From an uncultured virus (IMG/VR IMGVR_UViG_3300025012_000952) (taxonomy: Duplodnaviria > Heunggongvirae > Uroviricota > Caudoviricetes): a stretch of DNA of 20,000 bases. Position numbers and translations under genes: made by a program. Every line of letters starts with the position of its first letter. Position 1 is the stretch's first letter. This document shows positions 1 to 8,299 of the stretch, piece after piece. The notes below the pieces were generated by a model. That model saw only the letters and a list, made by a program, of their open reading frames with translations. It did no database searches and had not been told where the DNA came from. The stretch spans positions 53,632-73,631 of the IMG/VR virus record IMGVR_UViG_3300025012_000952. The stretch is one strand, 5' to 3'.

Positions 1-1138
1 GTGCCCCAGGCTCTAACTTTTTATTTAAAGCATCATCAGAAGATATCATAGTCATATGGACAGCAGAACCGGCCTTATTATCTGCCAAAGCTCTAACGTA
101 GTCTTCTCTACCGATTAACGCTGATTTTGTGTTCACCATAATAGGATAAACTTGATCTGATAAATAACGCATGAAATTCAAACTAATTCCTTTTTGCGCT
201 TCGATAGGAAGAAAATCTTCAAATCGAATTCCTAGACGGATGGGAATTTGAAGACTTATTGCTTTTGGTAATTCTGGTCCATCAATCTTTTGGCCTCGAA
301 ATTTCATTAATTTATCCATCTCCGTTCGGAAGTATTCCGGTCGGCAATGGCGTATTCCAATTTCTTTGGGATTATCAAAAAATGATGTATATAATGATGA
401 TCGGAATGAATCTGCAAAACAATTGTGAACTAAAATCCCCTCCGCGAAATAATTATTATTGGGCACGCATTCAAAATTATAAACTATTTTTTTATTGCTA
501 GTTTTTGCTCTATATATAGATTCAATTCTTCTCCATGCCCATTTATTAGAATTATTGGGGGGATAAAAAACAATCATATCATGAATACTTAATTGTCCAG
601 CATCTATCCATCCTCTACTAGTAAATACAGGATGTTCTAAAGTAAGTTTTAAAATTTTTTCTTTTATTTTGATAACTATCAAATCTTCTGCGGTTCGACT
701 CATTATTTTTGTAACTACTGACTTTTCTGATTCTAAGTGAGTTCTGTAAGTTTTTAATGAAACTACCAAATCTCCTTCTTTGATATCCTTAATATTCTTT
801 TTCTTTCCGCCCCACATTTGTATTTTAGTTAATGGCGGCAGACAATATTTGCACTGGTAACTGCAAGATAGGGCATCGTAAGTATCTGAATTTAAAGGAA
901 GTGGACAATGAGCGGCTCTTAATGAAACTTCAATAAATGAAGTAATTTCCTCTTTATTTAGCATTCGCTGTTTAACTTCAAATTTTTCGCTATCGAATGA
1001 AAATTCGGAATAATTTACTTTACGGCCTTTCTCACGAACTAATCCTTTATGCTTCTCCATTGATTCGAGTTGAGATCTACGAGGGATAATGGTTTTGACT
1101 ATTTCGCGCAACTCCCAGTAATCTTTAAATATAGTCAT
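1..1138 (-). CDS. Radical SAM protein (SPL-like) with mini-intein; runs off the left edge; not in the ORF track
   Basis: Manual translation from ATG at 1138, directly after the TAA at 1139-1141: MTIFKDYWELREIV...AAHCPLPLNSDTYDALSCSYQCKY-[intein]-CFADSFRSSLYTSFF...RHCRPEYF...IPIRLGIRFEDF...PIMVNTKS...NKKLEPGA. No stop before position 1. Spliced motif is CSYQCKYC; the protein is colinear with 2899..4086. Confidence 0.9.
   Translation of the reverse strand, partial: MTIFKDYWELREIVKTIIPRRSQLESMEKHKGLVREKGRKVNYSEFSFDSEKFEVKQRMLNKEEITSFIEVSLRAAHCPLPLNSDTYDALSCSYQCKYCLPPLTKIQMWGGKKKNIKDIKEGDLVVSLKTYRTHLESEKSVVTKIMSRTAEDLIVIKIKEKILKLTLEHPVFTSRGWIDAGQLSIHDMIVFYPPNNSNKWAWRRIESIYRAKTSNKKIVYNFECVPNNNYFAEGILVHNCFADSFRSSLYTSFFDNPKEIGIRHCRPEYFRTEMDKLMKFRGQKIDGPELPKAISLQIPIRLGIRFEDFLPIEAQKGISLNFMRYLSDQVYPIMVNTKSALIGREDYVRALADNKAGSAVHMTMISSDDALNKKLEPGA
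422..844 (-). mobile_element. Mini-intein, 141 aa, no homing endonuclease
   Basis: Block A CLPPLTKIQM, block B LKLTLEHPVFT (TxxH), block F VYNFECVPNNNYFAEG, block G ILVHN followed by Cys+1. Length 423 nt = 141 codons, in frame. Confidence 0.93.
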
Positions 1139-1345
1139 TTAATGATTTATCTCCATTTCTTCTTCTCTTTCGTCAAATTCTACCACTTCGTCAATTGCCC
1201 ATAGTAAAGAAGTATAATCAGGCAGTAAATATTTCATTTCTGATACGAATACTAAGGCTTGAGCTAATTCTTCCCATTGATCTTCCGTTGCTGCTCCTGA
1301 TTTAAATAATTCAATAGTTCTGTCCATATATTCCCGTTTGGTCAA
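1139..1345 (-). CDS. Hypothetical acidic protein, 68 aa
   Basis: TTG start overlaps the upstream TGA; stop abuts the next ATG. Confidence 0.7.
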   Translation of the reverse strand: MTKREYMDRTIELFKSGAATEDQWEELAQALVFVSEMKYLLPDYTSLLWAIDEVVEFDEREEEMEINH

Positions 1346-1596
1346 TTATCTTTCCTCCCTTGTCCAGTGGGAGGATTAATTGGCCTTGGAGTTATGGGAG
1401 GAGAGTTCCATCCTCCTTTACACATATTAGTAGGTGGATGGGTAGGAGCAATACCATTTGGTTTTTTAGTAGGAAGTTTTGGTTGGTAGCTATATCCACT
1501 ACGTTTTGGCTCTCTCTCAGAATAACCCCAAATATAACATATTAATCCCCAAACTATAAATAATATTAAAGATTCCCATCGTTCAAATCCCGTCAC
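1342..1596 (-). CDS. Small membrane-anchored protein with Pro-rich tail
   Basis: GGGAGG RBS before GTG; hydrophobic LILFIVWGLICYIWGY; PTHPPT and PPITPRPINPP tail. Confidence 0.7.
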   Translation of the reverse strand: MTGFERWESLILFIVWGLICYIWGYSEREPKRSGYSYQPKLPTKKPNGIAPTHPPTNMCKGGWNSPPITPRPINPPTGQGRKDN

Positions 1597-1668
1597 GTTT
1601 TTCCTCCCTACTAGTTCTACAGAAAACGGAATAGTTTCAATTTATTTTATATCATTTTATTTGTAATT

Positions 1669-1965
1669 TTAATTCAATGTAGGTATTATGACCTTTCGTC
1701 TAACTCTCTTTCCGTCCCAAGATTCTGGTAAAAAACAAGCTCCCATATCCTCTTTTGTTTTGATATTCATTACAATCATAATTAATTTTTTAACTACTAA
1801 AAGGGGTCCTTTGTCATCTAATGTATATATTACTGTATATTTGGGTCCTAATGGAAGTCTTTTTACAAATTCCTTTACTTCCCATTTATCAATATATAAT
1901 TTTGGATTATCAACTTCTAGAATATCATCATTTGCTAAAATAGTTTTAGTTATCGAAAGTTCCAT
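1669..1965 (-). CDS. Hypothetical protein, 98 aa
   Basis: Starts 1 nt after the upstream stop; GGGAG RBS. Confidence 0.7.
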   Translation of the reverse strand: MELSITKTILANDDILEVDNPKLYIDKWEVKEFVKRLPLGPKYTVIYTLDDKGPLLVVKKLIMIVMNIKTKEDMGACFLPESWDGKRVRRKVIIPTLN

Positions 1966-1966
1966 T

Positions 1967-2902
1967 TCATCTCCCTAACCTATCTTTAAAATATTTTATA
2001 GTTTGTTCTAATCCGTCAGATAATGTAACTTTTGGTTCCCATTTTAATTTATCTTTAGCCATAGTTATATCAGGTCTACGTCGAATGGGGTCATCTCCAG
2101 GCAATGGTTTATAAATTATCTCTGATTTTGATTTTGTTAATTTTATTATTACTTGAGCCAACGTTTTTATATCTATTTCTATTGGATTACCTATATTTAT
2201 AGGACCAGTAATATCATTGGTATTCATCATTTTTATAATACCTTCTATTGTATCATCTATAAAACAAAAAGAACGAGTTTGCCTTCCATCCCCATATATT
2301 GTGATAGGATCATTTTTTAAAGCTTGTAAAATAAAGTTAGATACCACTCTTCCATCTCCAGTGGCTAAATTAGGTCCATAAGTATTGAAAATTCTTACCA
2401 CTTTGATAAAAAGTTTATGTTGTCTATAATAATCAAAGAATAAAGTTTCTGCACATCTTTTTCCTTCATCATAGCAAGATCGAATCCCTATAGGATTTAC
2501 ATTTCCCCAATAATCTTCATATTGAGGATGCCTCAAAGGATCTCCGTAAACTTCCGATGTAGATGCTTGAAGTATTTTAGCTTTTGTTCGTTTTGCTAAT
2601 CCTAGCATATTTATTGCCCCATGAACTATTGTTTTAATAGTTTGAACAGGATCTTTTTGATAATAAATAGGAGAAGCAGGGGCAGCAAGATTATAAATTT
2701 CATCTACTTCAACATATAATGGAAAAGTTATATCGTGCCTTAATAATTCAAAATTAGGATTTGATAAAAGAGGAAGAATATTTTCTTTGGTGGATGAATA
2801 AAAATTATCTACACAAAGAACTTCATTTCCTTCATTTAATAATCTTTTACATAAATGAGAACCAAGAAATCCTGCTCCTCCAGTTACTAATATTTTTTTC
2901 AA
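1967..2902 (-). CDS. uxs: UDP-glucuronate decarboxylase (UDP-xylose synthase), extended SDR family
   Basis: [11 protein letters not shown]ossmann motif, [38 protein letters not shown] (YxxxK), [31 protein letters not shown], all typical of the UXS subfamily. Confidence 0.92.
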   Translation of the reverse strand: MKKILVTGGAGFLGSHLCKRLLNEGNEVLCVDNFYSSTKENILPLLSNPNFELLRHDITFPLYVEVDEIYNLAAPASPIYYQKDPVQTIKTIVHGAINMLGLAKRTKAKILQASTSEVYGDPLRHPQYEDYWGNVNPIGIRSCYDEGKRCAETLFFDYYRQHKLFIKVVRIFNTYGPNLATGDGRVVSNFILQALKNDPITIYGDGRQTRSFCFIDDTIEGIIKMMNTNDITGPINIGNPIEIDIKTLAQVIIKLTKSKSEIIYKPLPGDDPIRRRPDITMAKDKLKWEPKVTLSDGLEQTIKYFKDRLGR

Positions 2903-4086
2903 AATAATAATCCTTTTTTTTCTTCAATAGCTCCTTCTTCTTTTCTTCCATAAATATTCATTCCATTTTTATCTTTATCCAAAATTATAATTTCTGGACT
3001 ATCCTTCAAAGAAAAATATTGTCCTTTTCCATTCCAAATTTCTTTCATTCTATCGTAAGCCTCTGGTTGTCTAAATGTTATTTCCTCCATATCATCCCAA
3101 CAAACCGAACCTTTTTCCATTATTATTTTACAAGCATGTTGAAAGGTGAATTCATAGGGAACGAATAACCCATCCACTCCGCAACAACTTTCACAAGAAT
3201 TACTAAATGGAAAATTTACGAAATCAGGAGAAGAAGCGGGGACATTTTTACTTCTCAAAATATCTCTAAATTGTTTTCCTACGGGGGTCCAATTTTCATC
3301 TAGATTCTTTTCCAAAAGTTTGACGTAATTGAATCCCCGGCTTTCAAATTCTTTTTGAGCTATTTTGTAATTTGAAGTCCGATAATTAAAGAAACTAACA
3401 TGTTTAGCTCCGGTACGGGATGCCATCTCGGCGTACCCTTCCAACATGTCTTCCTTCGAATTGATTCCCACTAGGATTGGTTCCCAACGTACAGCGGTCC
3501 AAATCCCTAGGTTGTTTAAAGTCTTGACTAGGGACCATCTCATAGATGCAGGGGGATTCCCCGGTTCTAATTTGTAATTGAGGGTATCACTACCCCCCAT
3601 AATAGATACAATAACAGCTACATTCATATCTTTTAATAAATCAAGGTACCTATGCATTCCAATATAATGACTTTTAGTTTCTATGATCATAGGAACTTTA
3701 TATTCTTTGAATAATTTGAGAACGGGGACTACTACATTATCTCTCATATCCTCTAGGCAGAATACTTCTGATTTACTTCCCATATTGAAAGGGAGTCCTC
3801 TACGAAGGCATTGAACGTGCCAATCTGTATATTGTTTATCAGAACCATAGGCTTTATCAAAAAGTTTCTTAAAATCTTCTGGATTACAAGCTCTGACTAA
3901 ATCTCTTGACCATCCTTCGTAGTACCGTGTGTAAAGTCCTTCTTCCATTTCTCTACAAAAACAAAAATGACATGGAAAACTGCAGCCAGCAAAAATATCA
4001 CCTCCAAATGCTTGGGGGCATACGAGGGAATCATTTCTAAATCCAACTATAGACCCAAATTTTAGTTCTCTAATATCTTTTTTCAA
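2899..4086 (-). CDS. Radical SAM protein, spore-photoproduct-lyase-like
   Basis: GCSFPCHFC (CxxxCxxC), [25 protein letters not shown]-terminal ESCCG. Confidence 0.85.
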   Translation of the reverse strand: MKKDIRELKFGSIVGFRNDSLVCPQAFGGDIFAGCSFPCHFCFCREMEEGLYTRYYEGWSRDLVRACNPEDFKKLFDKAYGSDKQYTDWHVQCLRRGLPFNMGSKSEVFCLEDMRDNVVVPVLKLFKEYKVPMIIETKSHYIGMHRYLDLLKDMNVAVIVSIMGGSDTLNYKLEPGNPPASMRWSLVKTLNNLGIWTAVRWEPILVGINSKEDMLEGYAEMASRTGAKHVSFFNYRTSNYKIAQKEFESRGFNYVKLLEKNLDENWTPVGKQFRDILRSKNVPASSPDFVNFPFSNSCESCCGVDGLFVPYEFTFQHACKIIMEKGSVCWDDMEEITFRQPEAYDRMKEIWNGKGQYFSLKDSPEIIILDKDKNGMNIYGRKEEGAIEEKKGLLF

Positions 4087-4484
4087 GATGTCATCTTTTC
4101 TTTCAACTCAGGTAGATCCTTTCTTTCTTTTAGACTAAAATTTCCCAAAACTTTTTGTAGACACCGTTTTTGATCTTCTGCTTCATCTACTGTCATTTCT
4201 GCGTTATAAATAGGAATAATTTTATCGCCCTTTAAATTAAATCCCACATTGTAAATCCAAATTTTATTGATATTGGGTGTTATATGAGAAGTTGGTTTTA
4301 CTAGTGCCCCAGTCCCAACAAAACCATTAAGATATGTAATAACGTGGGCTATTTTTACACGAGAATAAAAATACTCTAATTCAATAAATAATGTATCTCT
4401 CTGTTTTTTAGTAATATTTTTATTCTTACAACTTTCGTTCCATATATTATAGGTGTCTAGACTAAATGGAAGTTTTCTATCCAT
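4083..4484 (-). CDS. Hypothetical protein, 133 aa
   Basis: AAGGAG RBS; TGA overlaps the TTG start of the next gene. Confidence 0.75.
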   Translation of the reverse strand: MDRKLPFSLDTYNIWNESCKNKNITKKQRDTLFIELEYFYSRVKIAHVITYLNGFVGTGALVKPTSHITPNINKIWIYNVGFNLKGDKIIPIYNAEMTVDEAEDQKRCLQKVLGNFSLKERKDLPELKEKMTS

Positions 4485-4519
4485 TTATTGATTCTCCTTA
4501 ATCCTAGTATTTTCTTTCA

Positions 4520-5368
4520 TCAATACCCCACAGGAAGTTCAAATGGTGTAATTAAATCTTCGGGTATTTCAATATCATCGAATTGAGGAATATTGGCAGA
4601 TGATTTTCGTATATATTCCAAATATCCCACTCTACTTGGATCAATATCTAATATTTTGGTAGCAGCTACGTCCATAACGTACATATCTTTTGTTGAAATT
4701 AAAATATTAGCTGGTTTAGGAATTCCGCATTGTTCCGAATATTCTGATCCTACGATACCATCTAAAACACAAGCAGCAACTCTATCTTTAATAAGAAAAT
4801 ATAAGTCATGAAGTCTTTTATGAAGAATATCACAACTTCCACGTGGGTGCATACTACCTTTTTGGGCCATCATGCCCATACAATTTTTGATAGATATCGT
4901 AGTTCCCGACATATTATGAACTTTCAATTTAGGAACATTTATGACGAAATCGCATTCCAACATAGTATTAGAAAATTTGGCCCCGAATAAGGATAAATAT
5001 CCATCCCTACGGTAAAGGGTAAACTCATGAAACCGGGGTCCTTCCTGAAGTCCTATTAATTGTACTCCATATTTTTTAGATAATTGGTCATAACCAGACA
5101 ATTTAATTGTATGCTCAAATTGGTCTTTAAATCCACAATCTCCTACTATTATATCATTAGCCCCTTCTCTTATCAAATATTCTATAACTAGAGAAACAAC
5201 TTCAACTCTGGTAGTAGATGCTATATCCCATCGGGTGGGAGGACATACGAGGTTGGGTTTAATGAAAACTTTTTTACCACTACAATCTGGAAAGTATTTC
5301 CAAAATTCTTGGGATATATTTTCTAATTTTAAATTTGCGTAATCAGATTCTCTATGAAATTGGATCAA
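4520..5368 (-). CDS. DUF362 domain protein
   Basis: GKKVFIKPNLV, STTRVEVV, INVPKLKVH, TISIKNCMG, VLDGIVG, DVAATKILDIDP; AGGGAG RBS before TTG. Confidence 0.85.
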   Translation of the reverse strand: MIQFHRESDYANLKLENISQEFWKYFPDCSGKKVFIKPNLVCPPTRWDIASTTRVEVVSLVIEYLIREGANDIIVGDCGFKDQFEHTIKLSGYDQLSKKYGVQLIGLQEGPRFHEFTLYRRDGYLSLFGAKFSNTMLECDFVINVPKLKVHNMSGTTISIKNCMGMMAQKGSMHPRGSCDILHKRLHDLYFLIKDRVAACVLDGIVGSEYSEQCGIPKPANILISTKDMYVMDVAATKILDIDPSRVGYLEYIRKSSANIPQFDDIEIPEDLITPFELPVGY

Positions 5369-5390
5369 TTACTACTCCCTTTTAAAAATA

Positions 5391-5492
5391 TGGTGGTGGT
5401 GAGGGGATTACCACTTATTTCGGTCTTATCACCGAACACTGTTAAGTACCCCCGTCAAGGTTCCTCCGGGACATTCGTCCAAGAGCACCACC
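5391..5492 (-). ncRNA. Candidate tRNA-like structured RNA (~102 nt) with 7-bp terminal stem and 3' ACCA
   Basis: 5' GGTGGTG pairs with 3' CACCACC, followed by ACCA. GGGGG/CCCCT stem adjoins it; two internal hairpins; TATAAT lies 5 nt upstream (5498-5503). No canonical cloverleaf. Confidence 0.45.
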
Positions 5493-5505
5493 CCAAGATT
5501 ATATT

Positions 5506-6228
5506 TCAGTTAACGGTGAACGATCCATTTGCTACTGTAATAATTTCCATCTTGCTGAGCAACGACACTCCGCATTTGGCTACTGCAGCGGATTCCTTAA
5601 TATTACTTTTCCCTCCCTGATCTGCGTAAGACTGATCAGCAGCATTAACCAACTCCTCTAAAGTCCCCGTTTTCAACGAGAGAAGAGTATCCGCCAAAAC
5701 TGTCCAACGACTAAATGACTTGGGAGCCGGGGGAACACGCTTGATTCTTTCTTTCTCCGGTTTTGGAGCTTTAGGAGCAGCCGGAGTTTTAGCGACAGTA
5801 GGAGCCGTGGGAGCAGGAGTTGCTGCTGTAGGAGTGGCAACGGGGGCTACGGGAGCGGCGGGGGCAGGGGTAGCTGCAGAACGCCCAACACGACGGGCTA
5901 CGGGAGGGGGCGGGGGAGCAGGAGGTTCGGGTTCAGGTTCCGGTTCAGGTTCCGGCTCAGGAGTGATCGGAGCTTCCTCCACCGGAGTTTCCGGAGTTGA
6001 TTCTTCCTGATCTAACCCCAACGTGGTAATAATATCGTTGTACATGTTGATAATATTTGCGTTCGATGACCCCGGAGCATCCCCTTCGGCCTTTTCCACT
6101 GCATCGAGATATGCCGGGATCAGCATCTCCTTTGAAATCTTGTCGGCGTTGTTAATCCCAATTTCAGTAGCACAAGCAATGAGCTTTGAATGTACGATTT
6201 TCTTCAAAAGTTTCGGATCGAATTTCAT
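5506..6228 (-). CDS. Putative DNA-binding protein: Rho-N/HeH-like N-terminus, Pro/Glu/Ala-rich linker, possible winged-helix C-terminus (240 aa)
   Basis: GGAGGGAG RBS supports ATG 6228 over TTG 6387. LKKIVHSKLIACATEIGINNADKISKEMLIPAYL fits the Rho-N pattern. Linker has (PE)n, poly-P and PAAP repeats. Confidence 0.6.
   Translation of the reverse strand: MKFDPKLLKKIVHSKLIACATEIGINNADKISKEMLIPAYLDAVEKAEGDAPGSSNANIINMYNDIITTLGLDQEESTPETPVEEAPITPEPEPEPEPEPEPPAPPPPPVARRVGRSAATPAPAAPVAPVATPTAATPAPTAPTVAKTPAAPKAPKPEKERIKRVPPAPKSFSRWTVLADTLLSLKTGTLEELVNAADQSYADQGGKSNIKESAAVAKCGVSLLSKMEIITVANGSFTVN
5923..5961 (-). repeat. Degenerate 6-bp coding tandem repeat (PEPEPEPEPEPEP)
   Basis: + strand ggttcg ggttca ggttcc ggttca ggttcc ggctca. 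Confidence 0.8.
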
Positions 6229-6389
6229 GTAGTTCTCCCTCCGTTCGGAATTTGTAAGACAACTACAATCTTCTACAGGAATAGCCACTATCTGATACTT
6301 CATCTCACCCACCCCTTCTGGCTTGGTTTCCCGTGTACTTATTACTACAGGAGCTAAGCCTAAATCAATATTATTTTTTATGAACAATT

Positions 6390-6417
6390 ATTATACCTTT
6401 TGATTGATTATTTTAAA
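6390..6417 (-). promoter_or_regulatory. Possible sigma70-type promoter
   Basis: TTTAAA-N16-TATAAT on the minus strand in an intergenic gap. The AT-rich context makes a chance match possible. Confidence 0.35.
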
Positions 6418-6447
6418 TTTCTTCCTTTTCATTATCTGATGGGTAAA

Positions 6448-7824
6448 TCATAGTATATCTCCTCTGTCTGGTTGATACGGAGAATTTTCCTTAGTAATAA
6501 TATCAGGGGTCCCCCTTCTGTCAATTCTTCCCTTACCTATCAAATAACGAGTTAATACTTCTGTGTAAGTATGGGAAGATCGTACATTTCCCGTAACAAC
6601 TTTATCAATTCCCCATCTATTAATCAAAGAATCTATTACTTTTTCGCACCATTCTCTGGCCCCTATTGGCATATTTAAACGTGGATGAAGTTCTCTAATT
6701 CTATCGTGAAGTCTATTAGCCCCTATAATAAAATCATTTTCTTCTTTTTGGTTAAACTCTCCACTCGCCCCTAATAAAATTTTATCACGATAAAATTCTT
6801 TTAACCATCTTGTATTTTCGGGGTTTTTCTCTTTTTCTTTTTTAACCATGAAAGTTACTGGTTCAGGTTCGTTTTCTAAACAATGTAAAAATTGACTTTT
6901 AATTGACGAGGCAAAACGATTGTAAAAGAAAGTACCTAACCCCAAATTTTTAAAAATTGATTTATTTACTGGTCGGTAATTCAGATTTGTAGCTATTAAT
7001 TTATATTTATCTATCACCGAAATTATTTCTTCTTTTGAATAATTTTTATTATTAGTTAAACCCTCTCCTATAAAAAGTTTTCCATCTAATACTTTTTCTA
7101 TGATAGAAACTATATCTGTAAATGTTTTTGTTGGTTTGGCGTAGCCTTGATTATTCCATGCCGGCATATGATGATGGGGTAAACCCGGCGAGGAATTCCA
7201 ATAATTGATAATATCGAGAGTGTCTTTCCTATACCGTTGACGAGGGGTAACTTCAAATTCTATAGATATAGATTTATTTCTTTTAATTAAAGACTGGGTT
7301 GAATTTAAGCCTAAATTATGAACGTCGGTTTCACCTGCTTTTGGTGAAACCCCCGAATCTTTCGAGAGAAAAGATTCGTTAGAATCTTTTGGATCTAAAG
7401 ATTCTGGTATAGGTTCAATAATTATAGGTTTACTTAAAGAGATTCCGCTTTGAACGGAATCCAGATTCCGCTTTGAACGGAATCCAGATTCCGCCCATTC
7501 TTGTATTTTATTACGATCAATTCTATACCAATTTTTGGCCGGTATCCCTTTTCGAGATACTTGAATAAAATTTAAATCTTGAAGTATTTTAGTGGAAGAT
7601 GTTTGAACATCTTCGCTAAATCCAGTTCTATTTTTCAATAAACTTTGAAGCATATAAAAATACTCTCCGGGTTGTATTAATTCTTGTTTAATTAAGTAAT
7701 TTTCCCAATCTATTAAGTCTCCTAAAATTATAGTAACGAAAGGACCTAATTTTATTAATACGGAACGGTTACAAGCTATGAAATTTGCAAATGGAATTTG
7801 AGATATATTCCTATTATTTTCCAT
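6448..7824 (-). CDS. Putative phage replication initiator protein
   Basis: N-terminal HTH-like domain ending KILQDLNFIQVSRKGIPAKNWYRID, then a linker encoded by repeats and palindromes, then a domain starting DIINYWN. Lies two genes downstream of the DnaB-like helicase. Confidence 0.7.
   Translation of the reverse strand: MENNRNISQIPFANFIACNRSVLIKLGPFVTIILGDLIDWENYLIKQELIQPGEYFYMLQSLLKNRTGFSEDVQTSSTKILQDLNFIQVSRKGIPAKNWYRIDRNKIQEWAESGFRSKRNLDSVQSGISLSKPIIIEPIPESLDPKDSNESFLSKDSGVSPKAGETDVHNLGLNSTQSLIKRNKSISIEFEVTPRQRYRKDTLDIINYWNSSPGLPHHHMPAWNNQGYAKPTKTFTDIVSIIEKVLDGKLFIGEGLTNNKNYSKEEIISVIDKYKLIATNLNYRPVNKSIFKNLGLGTFFYNRFASSIKSQFLHCLENEPEPVTFMVKKEKEKNPENTRWLKEFYRDKILLGASGEFNQKEENDFIIGANRLHDRIRELHPRLNMPIGAREWCEKVIDSLINRWGIDKVVTGNVRSSHTYTEVLTRYLIGKGRIDRRGTPDIITKENSPYQPDRGDIL
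7327..7494. repeat. Palindrome/iteron array, probable replication origin
   Basis: ggtttcacc-N7-ggtgaaacc (7327-7351); cgaatcttt-N7-aaagattcg (7354-7378); agaatcttt-N7-aaagattct (7381-7405); 23-bp tandem repeat agattccgctttgaacggaatcc x2.4 (7440-7494), each unit containing gattccg-N7-cggaatc. Confidence 0.8.
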
Positions 7825-8299
7825 TTTTATTCTCCTTAGCTATTTCCTCTTCACATTTCGATTCTAATTCCATAAATCGTATAAGCATTTCGTTACACGC
7901 TTGAACATTTATTTTGTAATAAATTTTATCGGTTTTTTTATCCCATATGAATTTAAGTATATCAGAATTTTCTAATTCATTTAGTATTTCTACGAGTTTT
8001 TCTTTGCCTATGAAAAGTAACCTCCCCGTCGTTTCTAACGATATAAAAGGCAAATCCCCAAATTTATTTGGGTAATGTCTTTTTATTTCGAACCAATAGT
8101 TATGATCTTGATTTAATAAACTAACAAAAGCTCCTTTTTCCAAACCGTAAAAATAAACAAAACCCCTATCAATTGTTATAAGCCCCCCACCAGCTATTAT
8201 ATGATCGACATATAGCTTCGATTTTACAAATTTTTTACTTAATTCTCCCCCACCTTCACTCATTATTTTATATAATCTAATAGATTTTGTATCACTCAT
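7814..8299 (-). CDS. Hypothetical protein, possibly winged-helix (replication accessory)
   Basis: Likely start ATG 8299 overlaps the helicase stop (ATGAGTGA). ISLETTGRLLFIGKEKLVEILNELENSDIL...IYYKIN looks HTH-wing-like. Confidence 0.6.
   Translation of the reverse strand: MSDTKSIRLYKIMSEGGGELSKKFVKSKLYVDHIIAGGGLITIDRGFVYFYGLEKGAFVSLLNQDHNYWFEIKRHYPNKFGDLPFISLETTGRLLFIGKEKLVEILNELENSDILKFIWDKKTDKIYYKINVQACNEMLIRFMELESKCEEEIAKENKNGK

Noticed and set aside
259..501. Plus-strand 80-aa ORF
   Set aside because: It is antisense to the intein-containing radical SAM gene, which explains the region.
1597..1668. Promoter in the AT-rich gap
   Set aside because: TTGAAA and the TATAAA/TAGAAC-like hexamers lack proper spacing and cannot be told apart from AT-rich background.
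5391..5492. Canonical tRNA or tmRNA gene
   Set aside because: There is no D arm, anticodon arm or TTCRA loop in the expected positions, no G3-U70 pair, and it is far too short for tmRNA. Kept only as tRNA-like.
7440..7494. 23-bp palindromic repeats as a CRISPR array
   Set aside because: The copies are contiguous with no spacers, lie inside a CDS, and no cas genes are present.
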